A stretch of 64,000 nt of DNA from a bacterium (GCA_024680555.1 JAILCC010000018.1:49174-113173), one strand, 5' to 3'; shown: positions 18,217 to 29,838, counted from the stretch's first letter. The notes: generated by a model from the letters alone, not told the origin. Translations and numbers: made by a program.

Positions 18217-19311
18217 CTATTTTGATATTATTTTGTGGCTTTTCTTATCCCAAATAACAAAGTCCTCTGCGCCTTTTTCAACTTCGTATTTGGGGCTCAA
18301 ACCGATACTTTCGGCGATATTTTTGCTTGCGTATCCGATAAAATCTTTAAACGGAATAAAATCTTTGATTTTTTGGTAAATATCATCAAAATATAATGTG
18401 CTGCCTGCGAGGGTTCCCTCTTTGGAGCAGGCTCTATGACCATCATAATATATTTTTTCTCCACCAAAAATTGTTTCGGTTTGGCTTGAATAACTAATCG
18501 GCAAAGCATCTGAAATCAGAAGTATTTTTTCTTTTGGTTTTAATTTCAAAACTGTTTTGATTATTTCTGCGTTTATGTGTTCAAGGTCGGCAATGATTTC
18601 TACCCCTGCATTATCGTTATTTAGGGCTGCAATAATTGCGGACGGTTCTCTATGGTGGATGGGGCGCATTGCATTAAACAGATGCGTAACGCTTTTAGCA
18701 CCGTTTTTAAAAGCGTTATTTGCTTCATCAAAAGTGCTGTTGGTATGCCCCACTGACGGAATGATATTTCTTTTTAAAAGTTCTTTTAAAAATTCGCCGT
18801 TTTCATCAAGTTCAGGGGCATAAGTCAAAATTTTTATAAAATCAGTGTCGATTTTGTTTAAGTTTTCAATTGCCGGTGAGATAATGTATTCCTCTGGGTG
18901 GATGCCTTTTTTGACAGGGTTTATAAACGGACCTTCAAGATGTATGCCCAATATCTTTGCGCCTTTTGACGAGATGTTTTTAATTAGATTTATTTGGCGA
19001 TTTATATTTTCAATACTGTCTGTCATAATTGTCGGCAAAACTGAGGTTATGCCGTGATTTTTGCAGTTAACGAGGTAAGTCTGCAATTCTTCTTCGCTGC
19101 AAGTATTAAAATTACATCCGTAGCCTCCGTGTGTATGCCTGTCAATCAGTCCGGGAGAGATGATTTTGTCTGTTCCGTCAATAATTTTTTCGCAAGAAAG
19201 ATTTTCCGAAATTTCAACAATTTTTCCGTCAGAAATTAAAACATCTGCTGAAAAACTGTCCTCAAAAGGATTTTGGACTTCAATATTCTTATAAAGAATA
19301 TTTTTCCCCAT
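18217..19311 (-). CDS. nagA: N-acetylglucosamine-6-phosphate deacetylase
   Basis: Amidohydrolase metal ligands 'IDRHTHGGYG', 'GIHLEGPFI', 'GHTNSTF' and 'THLFNAM'. Confidence 0.85.
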   Translation of the reverse strand: MGKNILYKNIEVQNPFEDSFSADVLISDGKIVEISENLSCEKIIDGTDKIISPGLIDRHTHGGYGCNFNTCSEEELQTYLVNCKNHGITSVLPTIMTDSIENINRQINLIKNISSKGAKILGIHLEGPFINPVKKGIHPEEYIISPAIENLNKIDTDFIKILTYAPELDENGEFLKELLKRNIIPSVGHTNSTFDEANNAFKNGAKSVTHLFNAMRPIHHREPSAIIAALNNDNAGVEIIADLEHINAEIIKTVLKLKPKEKILLISDALPISYSSQTETIFGGEKIYYDGHRACSKEGTLAGSTLYFDDIYQKIKDFIPFKDFIGYASKNIAESIGLSPKYEVEKGAEDFVIWDKKSHKIISK

Positions 19312-19913
19312 TATAAATCGACCTCTCTTCTTCCTTCCAGTGCACGTGTTAGCGTGAGTTCATCAACGTATTCAAGCTCTCCGCCTATCGGTAAGCCAAA
19401 GGCAATTCTTGAAATTTTTACGTTAAAGGGTTTTAATATCCTTGCTATATACATACTGGTCGCTTCACCTTCCACAGATGGGTTAAGGGCAAGAATGATT
19501 TCCTTTACGTTATTCTGCGCAACTCTTTGAACTAGCTCTTTGAGTCTCAAATCTTCCGGTCCAATTCCGTCAAGAGGAGAAATCATTCCCTGTAAAACAT
19601 GATAAACACCTTTGTATTCGTTTGTTTTTTCTATTGCAATAAGGTCTTTTGCCTCGCAGACAACGCAAATAGTTGATTTATCTCTCGTGGGGTTAGAACA
19701 AATTTCACAGGGGTTATCGGCAGAAATATTGAAGCAGGTATCGCAATATTTTATTGTTTCTTTTGCTTCAACGAGTGCAGTTGCGAACTTTTCCACCTCA
19801 TCTTTAGGCATTTTTAAAATCTGGAATGCCATACGTTGAGCAGATTTTGGACCAATGCTCGGTAATTTTTGAAAATATTCAATAAGCCTTGCGAGCGGTT
19901 TTGTGTATTGCAT
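19311..19913 (-). CDS. recR: Recombination protein RecR
   Basis: HhH '[14 protein letters not shown]', C4 zinc finger 'CDTCFNIS...CEIC', Toprim '[14 protein letters not shown]'. Confidence 0.95.
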   Translation of the reverse strand: MQYTKPLARLIEYFQKLPSIGPKSAQRMAFQILKMPKDEVEKFATALVEAKETIKYCDTCFNISADNPCEICSNPTRDKSTICVVCEAKDLIAIEKTNEYKGVYHVLQGMISPLDGIGPEDLRLKELVQRVAQNNVKEIILALNPSVEGEATSMYIARILKPFNVKISRIAFGLPIGGELEYVDELTLTRALEGRREVDL

Positions 19914-20254
19914 TAAAATAACCCCGGAATTTTAAGATTTAAGCCGCCAGTAATTGATTTTAATTTTTCTTCAGAAACGTTAGAAGCCTTTTGTGCTGCT
20001 TCTTTCATAGCTGATGCAATCAAATCTTCCAAGGTTTCAAGAGTATCTTGGTCAACAGCAGATGGGTTTTCGGGGTTTATTGCTTCAGGTTTGATTTTGA
20101 TTGAAATAAAATCTCTTTTGCCGTTCATTGTCACATCGACAAGTCCGCCGCCGGCAACTCCGTTAACCATTATGCCTGCAAGTTCTTCCTGCATTTCTTC
20201 GGCTTTTTTCTGCATCATTTGTGCTTGTTTCATAATTTGTTGAAGATTAAACAT
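19913..20254 (-). CDS. ybaB: Nucleoid-associated protein YbaB/EbfC
   Basis: '[21 protein letters not shown]...[11 protein letters not shown]' is typical, and the gene sits in the conserved position upstream of recR. Confidence 0.9.
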   Translation of the reverse strand: MFNLQQIMKQAQMMQKKAEEMQEELAGIMVNGVAGGGLVDVTMNGKRDFISIKIKPEAINPENPSAVDQDTLETLEDLIASAMKEAAQKASNVSEEKLKSITGGLNLKIPGLF

Positions 20255-20327
20255 ATAACTCTCCTTAATTGATTTATTCTCGATATATGGTTATTATAAT
20301 ATAAGTAATACTTATTAAACCACGTTT

Positions 20328-21158
20328 ATGGAAAAAAAGACATATCTTAACGAATGCTTACAAAAAAATGTGTTGATGCGTTGGACGGAAAAACTGATGC
20401 CGCTTCCTGTTTATGTTGCTCCGTTTCGTTGGTATCAGGCTAAAGATAACGGTGCGGCGCAGTATAAATATTCCGGAATGATTATAGAAGCGCTTAATAT
20501 GTGGTCGCAAGCAACAGACGGTGTTGTAAGATTTGTTATGGTTGATAAATATTATGATTCAATGATAAATATTGATTGGCGGAGAGTAGACAGAAGTTCT
20601 CTCGGAAATTGTAACTATAATTTTGACAGCCAAGGGCGTTTATACAGTGCCGAAGTTCAAATAGGACTTTCGGATGGTGTAATTCATCAGCAATATATGA
20701 GTGAAAACGAGGTAAGGCATACAATTATTCACGAAATTGGACATGCTCTCGGCTTGCAGCACAGTCCATTCCCTCAGGATATTATGTATGTTCCCCACAA
20801 GTACGGTATAGTGCAGGCATCTGAGCGAGACAAGTTGACAATGAAATGGATGTATAAGCTTCCTTGGGGGCAAACACCTCAACAGATAATTTCCGCATAT
20901 TCAAATTGTGATGCAAAATCCTTGGATGAAATGGTGTGGCTTTTGACCGAAGATATTGAACCCTCTAAATTTGAGGCAATTGCAAGAGAAATGGCGCAAT
21001 CTCAGCCGCAGAGAGATTTGGTTGAAGAAAATCAAAGACTTGCTGATTTGAAAAAATATAAAATTCAATTAGAGGGCATACAGGTTAATCAAGATGTTAA
21101 AAACTATATCAAAGATATGAAAATGAAGCGAAATCGTTTTCATGATGATATGCAATAA
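20328..21158 (+). CDS. Matrixin-like (M10-type) zinc metalloprotease with C-terminal coiled coil
   Basis: HEIGHALGLQHS zinc-binding motif (HExxHxxGxxH). Confidence 0.7.
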   Translation: MEKKTYLNECLQKNVLMRWTEKLMPLPVYVAPFRWYQAKDNGAAQYKYSGMIIEALNMWSQATDGVVRFVMVDKYYDSMINIDWRRVDRSSLGNCNYNFDSQGRLYSAEVQIGLSDGVIHQQYMSENEVRHTIIHEIGHALGLQHSPFPQDIMYVPHKYGIVQASERDKLTMKWMYKLPWGQTPQQIISAYSNCDAKSLDEMVWLLTEDIEPSKFEAIAREMAQSQPQRDLVEENQRLADLKKYKIQLEGIQVNQDVKNYIKDMKMKRNRFHDDMQ

Positions 21159-21231
21159 CCTCTTGCCGAAATTTAATGTTTGTTTACCTCTCTTTCTCTT
21201 TGTGTTTTAATTGCTATGAAAAGAGGGAAAA

Positions 21232-21960
21232 ATGAATAGAGTTTTGGTAACGGGAAGTTCAAAAGGTATTGGCGCAAAAATTGCCGAAGTATTATCCTCA
21301 AGTGGGTATCAGATATTTTTACACGGCAGAGATGAAAATGCGCTTAAAAATCTTTTCGAAAAAATCGGCGTAAAAGGGTTTTTTTCTATAGATTTGACAG
21401 AAGAAAATGCTGCACAAAAACTTTTTGATAAAGCGACAGAGGTTCTCGGCGGAGTGGATATTCTTATCAACAATGCAGGAGAGTATTTTTACGCTAAAGT
21501 CGAAGAAACTCCGAAAGAGACTCTGGACAGGCTTGTCACTATCAATACAAAAGTTCCTTATGAGTTGATTTCATTAGCCACAGTAGGGATGAAGGAAAAA
21601 AATTTCGGCAGAATAATAAATATAGGTTCAATCAGCGGTGCGGTTGGCGAGGCTAATGCTTCACTCTATTCTATGACTAAATCAGCTTTTTCGGGTTTAA
21701 CAAAGGCTTTGGCTCTTGAACTTGCGCAAAATAACATAACAGTTAATACAATAAATCCAGGATATGTGAAAACAGCCTTACTTGACGGAACTTTTGATGA
21801 TGATTTTTCGGAAAAAGAGCTTCTTGATATGATTCCGCAAAATCGTTTTATTGAGCCTGTTGAAATTGCAAATCTTGTAAAATATCTTGTTTCTGCCGAG
21901 GCAAGAGGTCTGACCGGACAATGTATAAACCTGTGTGCGGGCATGAGTGTGGGAGGATAG
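21232..21960 (+). CDS. Short-chain dehydrogenase/reductase (FabG-like)
   Basis: 'VLVTGSSKGIG' cofactor motif, 'NNAG', catalytic 'YSMTKSA'. Confidence 0.85.
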   Translation: MNRVLVTGSSKGIGAKIAEVLSSSGYQIFLHGRDENALKNLFEKIGVKGFFSIDLTEENAAQKLFDKATEVLGGVDILINNAGEYFYAKVEETPKETLDRLVTINTKVPYELISLATVGMKEKNFGRIINIGSISGAVGEANASLYSMTKSAFSGLTKALALELAQNNITVNTINPGYVKTALLDGTFDDDFSEKELLDMIPQNRFIEPVEIANLVKYLVSAEARGLTGQCINLCAGMSVGG

Positions 21961-22914
21961 ATGAAAATTTTATTTGTTATAGATAATCTTGAGTTTAAGT
22001 ATTTTGAATTTAACAAATTGGTAACATCTTTTTGGCTCATAAAAGGCTTTATTCAAAGAGGTTTTGGCGTAGATATAACTACAAAAGACAGGCTTTATCT
22101 GGATGGCAAAACTCCAATGGGTTTGACATTCAAGACCGAAATTAAAAACGAAGACATTATTAAAGAAAAAGATTGCGTAAAAACCGATTTAAATGCTTAT
22201 GACGTGATATTTTTCCGACCTGATCCGCCAGTTGACAATGACTATATCAATGCAACTTATGTTCTTGATTATTTGAACGACAAAACCATTGTTCTAAACA
22301 GTTCGCAAGGCTTGAGAAATGCAAACGAAAAGATGTTTATAAACAATTTTCCGAAAATTGTTCCCGACAACATAGTTACGGCTAATGACGAACTTATCAG
22401 AGAATTTTTGCATAAGAAAAAAGAAATTGTTATAAAACCGCTAAATTATTGTTTTAGCAGGGGTGTGTTTTATCTTAATGATACTGACAAAAATATTCAC
22501 ACAATTATTGATACTGCCACAAATTCGGGTAAAACGATGGTTATGGTGCAAGAATTTCTGCCGGATATTGCCATAGGTGATAAAAGACTCGTTTATATTG
22601 ACGGAGAAATCTTTGAAGAATGTGTATGCAAAATTCACGGCGCAGATGACTTTAAATTTAACACTCATGCTGACAAGTTTTTTAAAAAAGGCGAAATCTC
22701 CGCAGAAGAAAGGAAAATAGCCGAATATATCCGCCCGAAGCTTGAACAGGAGGGGATATATATTGCAGGTTTGGACGTTATCAACGGCAAGATGATAGAA
22801 ATTAACGTAACAAGTCCGTGTTTCTTTATCAAAGAAGTAAACGACATCTTTGGAATACGTTTTGAAGAAAAGATTTTGGATAAACTGTGCGGACTTATAC
22901 AGCATATCCGTTGA
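21961..22914 (+). CDS. Glutathione-synthetase-like ATP-grasp enzyme
   Basis: Collinear resemblance to GshB as I recall it ('FFRPDPP', 'NEKMF', 'GDKRLVYIDGE', 'EINVTSP'). Substrate-loop regions look divergent. The start abuts the SDR stop. Confidence 0.7.
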   Translation: MKILFVIDNLEFKYFEFNKLVTSFWLIKGFIQRGFGVDITTKDRLYLDGKTPMGLTFKTEIKNEDIIKEKDCVKTDLNAYDVIFFRPDPPVDNDYINATYVLDYLNDKTIVLNSSQGLRNANEKMFINNFPKIVPDNIVTANDELIREFLHKKKEIVIKPLNYCFSRGVFYLNDTDKNIHTIIDTATNSGKTMVMVQEFLPDIAIGDKRLVYIDGEIFEECVCKIHGADDFKFNTHADKFFKKGEISAEERKIAEYIRPKLEQEGIYIAGLDVINGKMIEINVTSPCFFIKEVNDIFGIRFEEKILDKLCGLIQHIR

Positions 22915-22992
22915 ATCCAACAAACAGATATGATACAATGAATATTGTGTTAGAAATTTAATACGGGTGTGTATTAAAAGAAAGGTTTAAGT

Positions 22993-23874
22993 ATGATAAA
23001 AAGAGGTTTTACATTGGCGGAAGTATTGGTTACACTTCTCGTTATTGGTGTTATTGCGGCATTAACCATTCCGCAGTTGATAAATTCTACGGAAGAAAGA
23101 CAGTATAAAACTGCATACAAAAAAGCGGTTTCTACTATTGCGAACGCAACGGAGTTAATGGAAGCAAATGAAGTAAGCTGTTCTGTTGAAACAGATGCAG
23201 ACCTTGCAAAATGTATGAAAAATGCCATAAAAGGTTCAACAATGTCAGCAAGTCTTGAAGAAAGACTAATTGGAGGGGTTTCTAATTTATTCGGAACACC
23301 TGCATTTGCATCTGCTCCGCCAGAGGAAGAAGAAAGCAATGTCCTTATTACACAAGACGGTATGGCATTTATGTTTTTCCTTTCAGATGATTATCATGAC
23401 AAGTTAGATGAAGCAGCTGCATCAACACCAAACTACAAGGCTCCGAAACGTGCATTAAGCAAAATTTGTCCTAATTTTACAACTGATGCAAACTACTTCG
23501 TTCCCGAACTTGTCGGTTTTGCAGAATCAAATTGTACTGTTGTAGTTGACTTGGACGGTTTTGGTAAAAATTCAAGAGGCTTTGCTGATTTTTCACGTCT
23601 TGAAGATTATTATAATGCAGGCGATATCCAAATTTTGGGTTTCTCAGGCAAAGGCGAAGTCAGACCTGCATATGTGCATAGCCCTGATGAAGCTTTAGAT
23701 ATCAACAAAGGTTACAAGTACCTCTATGGAGAAGAAGCATTTGAAAAGTTGGTAGAAAATTATGTACCGCCAATAGATTGTTATCAAATATGTTGTTCAA
23801 ATACACAAGATGCAGATGAATGTGAAGACAAGTGCTCTTGGTATATGGAAGAAATCGGGTCTTGTCCTAGGTAA
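22993..23874 (+). CDS. Type IV pilin-like / pseudopilin-like protein with prepilin N-terminal methylation motif
   Basis: 'MIKRGFTLAEVLVTLLVIGVIAALTIP' is a class III signal (G|FTLxE). Cys-rich C-terminus. Confidence 0.75.
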   Translation: MIKRGFTLAEVLVTLLVIGVIAALTIPQLINSTEERQYKTAYKKAVSTIANATELMEANEVSCSVETDADLAKCMKNAIKGSTMSASLEERLIGGVSNLFGTPAFASAPPEEEESNVLITQDGMAFMFFLSDDYHDKLDEAAASTPNYKAPKRALSKICPNFTTDANYFVPELVGFAESNCTVVVDLDGFGKNSRGFADFSRLEDYYNAGDIQILGFSGKGEVRPAYVHSPDEALDINKGYKYLYGEEAFEKLVENYVPPIDCYQICCSNTQDADECEDKCSWYMEEIGSCPR

Positions 23875-23902
23875 TTTAACGAATAATTTTCTATTTTAAT
23901 AG

Positions 23903-23935
23903 CAAAAAAGCAGACTCTTTTGAGTCTGCTTTTTA
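23903..23935. terminator. Bidirectional terminator between pilin-like gene and rplA
   Basis: Stem AGCAGACTC/GAGTCTGCT, TTTT loop, flanking A- and T-runs. Confidence 0.85.
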
Positions 23936-23951
23936 TACCTAATATTGGTTA

Positions 23952-24677
23952 TTAACCAACCAACGCTTTTACTTCTGCAGCAACGTTTTTGTCGTCAACT
24001 TTGATAGACGGTCCCATTGTTGTTGTCAAATAAACTGACTTAACATAAGTACCTTTTGTTGCTGACGGTTTTGCTTTAATAACCGCATCAGCTACTGCAA
24101 CAAAGTTTTTAACGAGGTCGTCTTCAGAGAAGCTCATTTTACCAAGAGGTACGTGGATGATACCTTGCTTGTCTGCACGGTATTCAACTTTACCTGCTTT
24201 AGCATCGTTGATAGCTTTTTTTACATCAAATGTAACTGTTCCTGTTTTCGGGTTCGGCATCAAGCCTTTAGGTCCTAATACTTTACCGAGTTTACCTAAC
24301 ATACCCATTGCATCAGGTGTTGCAATCAATGTATCAAAGTCTAACCAGCCGCCTGCGATTTTTTCAACTATGTCTTCAGCACCGACGAAATCAGCTCCGG
24401 CTTGAGTAGCTTCAGCCATTTTTTCACCTTTTGCAACAACGCAGATTTTTACGGCTTTACCTGTACCTGCAGGAAGAACCGTTGTGCCTCTGACTTGTTG
24501 TTCAGCGTGTTTTACGTTGATACCTAACTTCATATGAAGTTCAAGAGTTTCATCAAATTTGGAAGTTTTTGAAGCGATATCCTTCAAAACTTTAATTGCT
24601 TCAACGCCTGTAGTGGGTTGGTTTACATTTTCCAATAATTCTAATGTTTGTTTTGCTTTTTTAGTCATTTTTGTCAT
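23952..24677 (-). CDS. rplA: 50S ribosomal protein L1
   Basis: '[33 protein letters not shown]' and the rplK-rplA order. Confidence 0.95.
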   Translation of the reverse strand: MTKMTKKAKQTLELLENVNQPTTGVEAIKVLKDIASKTSKFDETLELHMKLGINVKHAEQQVRGTTVLPAGTGKAVKICVVAKGEKMAEATQAGADFVGAEDIVEKIAGGWLDFDTLIATPDAMGMLGKLGKVLGPKGLMPNPKTGTVTFDVKKAINDAKAGKVEYRADKQGIIHVPLGKMSFSEDDLVKNFVAVADAVIKAKPSATKGTYVKSVYLTTTMGPSIKVDDKNVAAEVKALVG

Positions 24678-24681
24678 CTTA

Positions 24682-25107
24682 CTAACCCTCCACAGTTACG
24701 CCCATGCTGTTGCATGTGCCCTTAATCATTTCTACGGCAGCTTCAAGAGTAGTTGCATTGAGGTCAGGCATTTTTGTTTTTGCAATTTCTTCAAGTTGAG
24801 CTTGAGTAATTGTAGCTACCTTTGTTTTGTTCGGAGTAGCTGATGCCTTTTCAAGACCTAACGTTTTCTTGATTAAAACAGCTGCGGGAGGTGTTTTTGT
24901 AATAAATGTGAATGAACGGTCTTCATAAACCGTGATTTCAACAGGAACAACGTAACCTGCCATGTTTTCGGTTTGTGCGTTGTACTGCTTACAAAAATCC
25001 ATGATGTTAACGCCGTGTTGACCTAAAGCAGGACCAATCGGAGGTGATGGGTTTGCTTTTCCGGCTTGGATTTGAAGTTTGATTTTACCAATGACTTTCT
25101 TTGCCAT
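24682..25107 (-). CDS. rplK: 50S ribosomal protein L11
   Basis: '[34 protein letters not shown]'. Start set at the ATG after the AGGAG RBS. Confidence 0.95.
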   Translation of the reverse strand: MAKKVIGKIKLQIQAGKANPSPPIGPALGQHGVNIMDFCKQYNAQTENMAGYVVPVEITVYEDRSFTFITKTPPAAVLIKKTLGLEKASATPNKTKVATITQAQLEEIAKTKMPDLNATTLEAAVEMIKGTCNSMGVTVEG

Positions 25108-25157
25108 GATTTTCTCCTTTCGTGGTAATAGCGGGATAATCCCTTCCACACTATTTA

Positions 25158-25700
25158 TTATACTTTTTGAATTTGATTATATTCTAATTCAACAGGGGTT
25201 TCACGCCCGAAGATAGAAACGTTTGCACGAAGTTTTGCCTTGTCGGGATAAACTTCCGTAATAGAACCGACAAAATCTGCAAAAGGTCCTGAAATAATTC
25301 TGACTTTGTCGCCAACTTTGACGTCGAGCTCGATTTTTGCGGTTTGAACTTGTACTTTGTGAATGATTTTTCTGATTTCACTTTCCTTTGCAGGAATAGG
25401 TTTTTTGTTTGCACCGACGAATTTTGTTACACCGGCAGTATTTTGAACAACAAACCAACTGTCATCATCCATAATCATTTCAACCAAAACATATCCCGGA
25501 AATACCTTTTCGTCTTTGTCTTGTCTGCGTCCGTTTTTAACAACGGTAACGGTTTTTTGCGGGACTTCAACACGGAAGATTTTTTCTCCCAAACCAAGAT
25601 ACTCTACACGTTTTTCAAGGTTGGTTTTTACCTTGTTTTCATGTCCTGAGTATGTGTGTACAACATACCATCTTTTTTGATTTTTTTTGTTTTCGCTCAT
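25158..25700 (-). CDS. nusG: Transcription termination/antitermination factor NusG
   Basis: NGN domain '[14 protein letters not shown]', KOW '[18 protein letters not shown]'. Confidence 0.95.
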   Translation of the reverse strand: MSENKKNQKRWYVVHTYSGHENKVKTNLEKRVEYLGLGEKIFRVEVPQKTVTVVKNGRRQDKDEKVFPGYVLVEMIMDDDSWFVVQNTAGVTKFVGANKKPIPAKESEIRKIIHKVQVQTAKIELDVKVGDKVRIISGPFADFVGSITEVYPDKAKLRANVSIFGRETPVELEYNQIQKV

Positions 25701-25717
25701 TTTATATTCCTACTATC

Positions 25718-25936
25718 TTATAAATGCAAAATATCTTTAAACAACCAGATAAAAGACTTGTCAACGGCATATACAAAAAGTGTAATTATAAGCACAACTA
25801 CCAATACGACACAGGTGTCTGCGATAACTAATTCTCTCATCGGCCAGGTAATTTTTCCCCATTCCGACTTTACACCCTTAAAGTATTTTTTAAGGTTAGA
25901 TACTGCTTCAGGTTGTTTTTCAATTTCGTTACTCAT
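25718..25936 (-). CDS. secE: Preprotein translocase subunit SecE
   Basis: 72 aa with a single C-terminal TM, 'EWGKITWPMRELV', in the position between rpmG and nusG. Confidence 0.85.
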   Translation of the reverse strand: MSNEIEKQPEAVSNLKKYFKGVKSEWGKITWPMRELVIADTCVVLVVVLIITLFVYAVDKSFIWLFKDILHL

Positions 25937-25977
25937 TATTTTTCCTCATCAATATCAAGGGTTGTCTTTTAGAAAAT

Positions 25978-26050
25978 CGCGCCTTGAAGGACTCGAACCC
26001 TCGACATTCGGTTTTGGAGACCGACGTTCTACCAACTGAACTAAAGACGC
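25978..26050 (-). tRNA. tRNA-Trp (anticodon CCA)
   Basis: Hand-folded cloverleaf: acceptor GCGTCTT/AAGGCGC, anticodon loop CTCCAAA, T-arm GAGGG-TTCGAGT-CCTTC. Confidence 0.9.
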
Positions 26051-26060
26051 AAACCCTCTT

Positions 26061-26225
26061 TTATTTTGTTTCTTTATGAAGTGTATGCTTTCTGTCAAAT
26101 GGGCAATACTTCTTTAATTCAAGTCTTTCGGTATTGTGTTTTTTGTTTTTTGTTGTTGTGTAGTTTCTGTTCTTGCATTCTTCGCATGCCAAAACTACCA
26201 TTTTGTCTTTTTTCTTAAGTCCCAT
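26061..26225 (-). CDS. rpmG: 50S ribosomal protein L33 (54 aa, below track cutoff)
   Basis: My translation: [54 protein letters not shown]. CxxC...C zinc-ribbon L33 pattern. Confidence 0.9.
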   Translation of the reverse strand: MGLKKKDKMVVLACEECKNRNYTTTKNKKHNTERLELKKYCPFDRKHTLHKETK

Positions 26226-26425
26226 GACTTACGTCCTTCCGTTTTTAATTTCAAAACAGGCGCAAAATCGCACCAGTCCTTACCTAACAATATATTCATT
26301 TAAGTTCGCACTTAAAAAAGGGGTATCCCCCTTTATATATATGTTAAAAAGAACATTATTTATTGTCAATATTAAATTATATAATTTATAGTTTTATAAA
26401 AATTTTCTGTAACTTATGCAAACTC

Positions 26426-26454
26426 TTGACGGTAATGTTTCACCGTTTTATAAT
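26426..26454 (+). promoter_or_regulatory. Sigma-70-type promoter of rpsT
   Basis: TTGACG (26426-26431), 17-nt spacer, TATAAT (26449-26454), about 50 nt upstream of the rpsT ATG. Confidence 0.65.
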
Positions 26455-26507
26455 CATGCTACATTCTCTCAAACTACGTTTAGTAGTTTATTTAAAGGAG
26501 CATCACA

Positions 26508-26774
26508 ATGCCAAACATTAAATCAGCAAAGAAAAGAGTTTTGGTTGCAGAACGTAATCACGCAAAGAACGTAGCAGTTAAGTCAAGAATAAAAACTGCT
26601 ATCAGAAGAGTTCTTGAGGCACTTAAAGATAACACTGAAAAAGTACAAGAACTTTTAAACAATGCGTACAAAACTATCGACAAATCGGTATCAAAAGGCG
26701 TTTTGCATAAGAATACGGCAGCAAGAAAAAAATCTCGCTTGACCAAGTTCGTGAACAAAACTTTATCTAAGTAG
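26508..26774 (+). CDS. rpsT: 30S ribosomal protein S20
   Basis: 'PNIKSAKKRV...RNHAKNVAVKSRIKTAIRR...HKNTAARKKSRL'. Confidence 0.95.
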   Translation: MPNIKSAKKRVLVAERNHAKNVAVKSRIKTAIRRVLEALKDNTEKVQELLNNAYKTIDKSVSKGVLHKNTAARKKSRLTKFVNKTLSK

Positions 26775-26790
26775 AACTAAAAAATAAAAA

Positions 26791-26825
26791 TGCCGTGGGA
26801 CTTCATTAACCCCACGGTATTTTTA
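26791..26825 (+). terminator. rpsT intrinsic terminator
   Basis: Stem CCGTGGG/CCCACGG followed by TATTTTT. Confidence 0.75.
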
Positions 26826-26864
26826 TGCTTAAATATAAGAAAAGGATGTCGAAGGTAAAAGACG

Positions 26865-27581
26865 ATGAGTAAAATTCTTGTTACTGATGATGATACGGCG
26901 ATTTTAGAGCTTATAAAAATTAACCTCGAACTTATGGGACATGAGGTAATTTGTGCTGAAAATGCAATGAAGTCTTATGCTCTTCTTTTGCAAGAAAAGC
27001 CCGACCTTGTGATTCTTGATGTAATGATGCCTGAGGTGGATGGTTTTACTTTGGCGCAGCGAATAAGAAATAACCCCGATTTTGCAAATATTCCTATTTT
27101 AATGCTTACGGCATTGGGAATGCTGGATGATAAGGTAAAAGGATTTAATGCGGGAGTTGATGATTATCTTGTAAAACCTTTTGAAATAGAAGAACTAAAA
27201 CTCAGAGTCCGTGCGCTTTTAAGGCGTGGCGATTCTCTGTTGCCGTCTTTGGCAAAGCCGGAAATATATGCCATAGGCGATATTATTTTGGATCCTGACA
27301 ATCTTTCTGTAACAATAAACGGAAAGAGCGTAAAACTAACTCCGACGGAATTTGATATTATAAATATTTTAATGCAGCACAATGGGCAAATTGTTCAATC
27401 AAGCGTATTTTTAAAAGAAATTTGGGGATACGCTGAAGATGATGATGTCGAAACTGTCAGAGTTCATGTCAGACACTTGAGGGCAAAACTCGAAAAGATT
27501 GCTCCCGGTTCAAAATATATTGAAACGGTGTATGGCGGCGGTTACAAGCTTAACCCAGAGCCAAACAAACAGAAACATTAA
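26865..27581 (+). CDS. OmpR-family response regulator (no adjacent histidine kinase)
   Basis: Receiver domain 'ILVTDDD...DLVILDVMMPEVDG...LMLTA...KP', winged-helix 'LTPTEFDIINIL...VRVHVRHLRAKLE...YIETVYGGGYKL'. Confidence 0.9.
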   Translation: MSKILVTDDDTAILELIKINLELMGHEVICAENAMKSYALLLQEKPDLVILDVMMPEVDGFTLAQRIRNNPDFANIPILMLTALGMLDDKVKGFNAGVDDYLVKPFEIEELKLRVRALLRRGDSLLPSLAKPEIYAIGDIILDPDNLSVTINGKSVKLTPTEFDIINILMQHNGQIVQSSVFLKEIWGYAEDDDVETVRVHVRHLRAKLEKIAPGSKYIETVYGGGYKLNPEPNKQKH

Positions 27582-27679
27582 AAAATTATTAAAAAAAGTT
27601 TATTTCGTTATAAAATATTATAAAGTAAGATTGAAGAGCAGTAGCAAGATAAACTTGCAGAAATAGAAGGAGAATAAAC

Positions 27680-27976
27680 ATGGCTGAACCTAAAATTAGA
27701 CCATTATCAGACAGACTTTTAATCAAAATTATTGATGACACACAACAATCTCAAGGTGGAATTTTCATCCCCGACAGTGCAAAAGAAAAACCCCAAAAAG
27801 GTGAAGTTATTGCCGCAGGTCCCGGAGCTATCGGCAAAGAAGGCAACAGAGAAGAAATGGAAGTAAAAGTTGGTGACAAAGTTCTTTTTGCAAAATATGC
27901 CGGAACTGATGTTAAATTTGACAGAGAAGAATACAAAATCCTTAGCGAAAAAGACGTTTTGGCAGTAATTGAGTAA
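27680..27976 (+). CDS. groES: Co-chaperonin GroES
   Basis: 'IRPLSDRLLIK...GGIFIPDSAKEKPQKGEVIAAGPG'. Confidence 0.95.
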   Translation: MAEPKIRPLSDRLLIKIIDDTQQSQGGIFIPDSAKEKPQKGEVIAAGPGAIGKEGNREEMEVKVGDKVLFAKYAGTDVKFDREEYKILSEKDVLAVIE

Positions 27977-29647
<1,671 letters not shown>

Positions 29648-29670
29648 CGGAGCGGAGAACAATGCCAGCC

Positions 29671-29705
29671 AGCAAAATCCAAGACAGCGGATTTTGCGGT
29701 AGAGC
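29671..29705 (+). repeat. Solo junction fragment of the interspersed repeat family (X-unit 3' end plus X-unit 5' end)
   Basis: AGCAAAATCCAAGACAGCGGATTTTGCGGTAG matches the X/X junction at 30562-30590 and 30803-30833. It forms an 8-bp hairpin CAAAATCC/GGATTTTG. Confidence 0.8.
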
Positions 29706-29744
29706 GCAAACAGAAAATATGTAACATAATTTGAATAAACAGAA

Positions 29745-29778
29745 GTGGTGCGGAGTTTCGCACCACTTTTTGTTTTTT
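29745..29778 (+). terminator. groESL intrinsic terminator
   Basis: Stem GTGGTGCG/CGCACCAC, 6-nt loop, T-rich tail TTTTTGTTTTTT. Confidence 0.85.
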
Positions 29779-29811
29779 GTAACAATTCCTTAACAAAACA
29801 AATGAAAATCC

Positions 29812-29838
29812 TAAAGTTTTTTCGCATGCTGCCGATAA
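29812..29838 (+). promoter_or_regulatory. Sigma-28 (FliA)-type promoter, exact TAAAGTTT-N11-GCCGATAA
   Basis: TAAAGTTT at 29812-29819, 11-nt spacer, GCCGATAA at 29831-29838. ATG of the next ORF is 30 nt downstream. Confidence 0.75.

Noticed and set aside
27582-27679. CIRCE (HrcA operator) upstream of groES
   Set aside because: There is no TTAGCACTC-N9-GAGTGCTAA-like inverted repeat. Only a 5-bp GCAAG/CTTGC hairpin is present.
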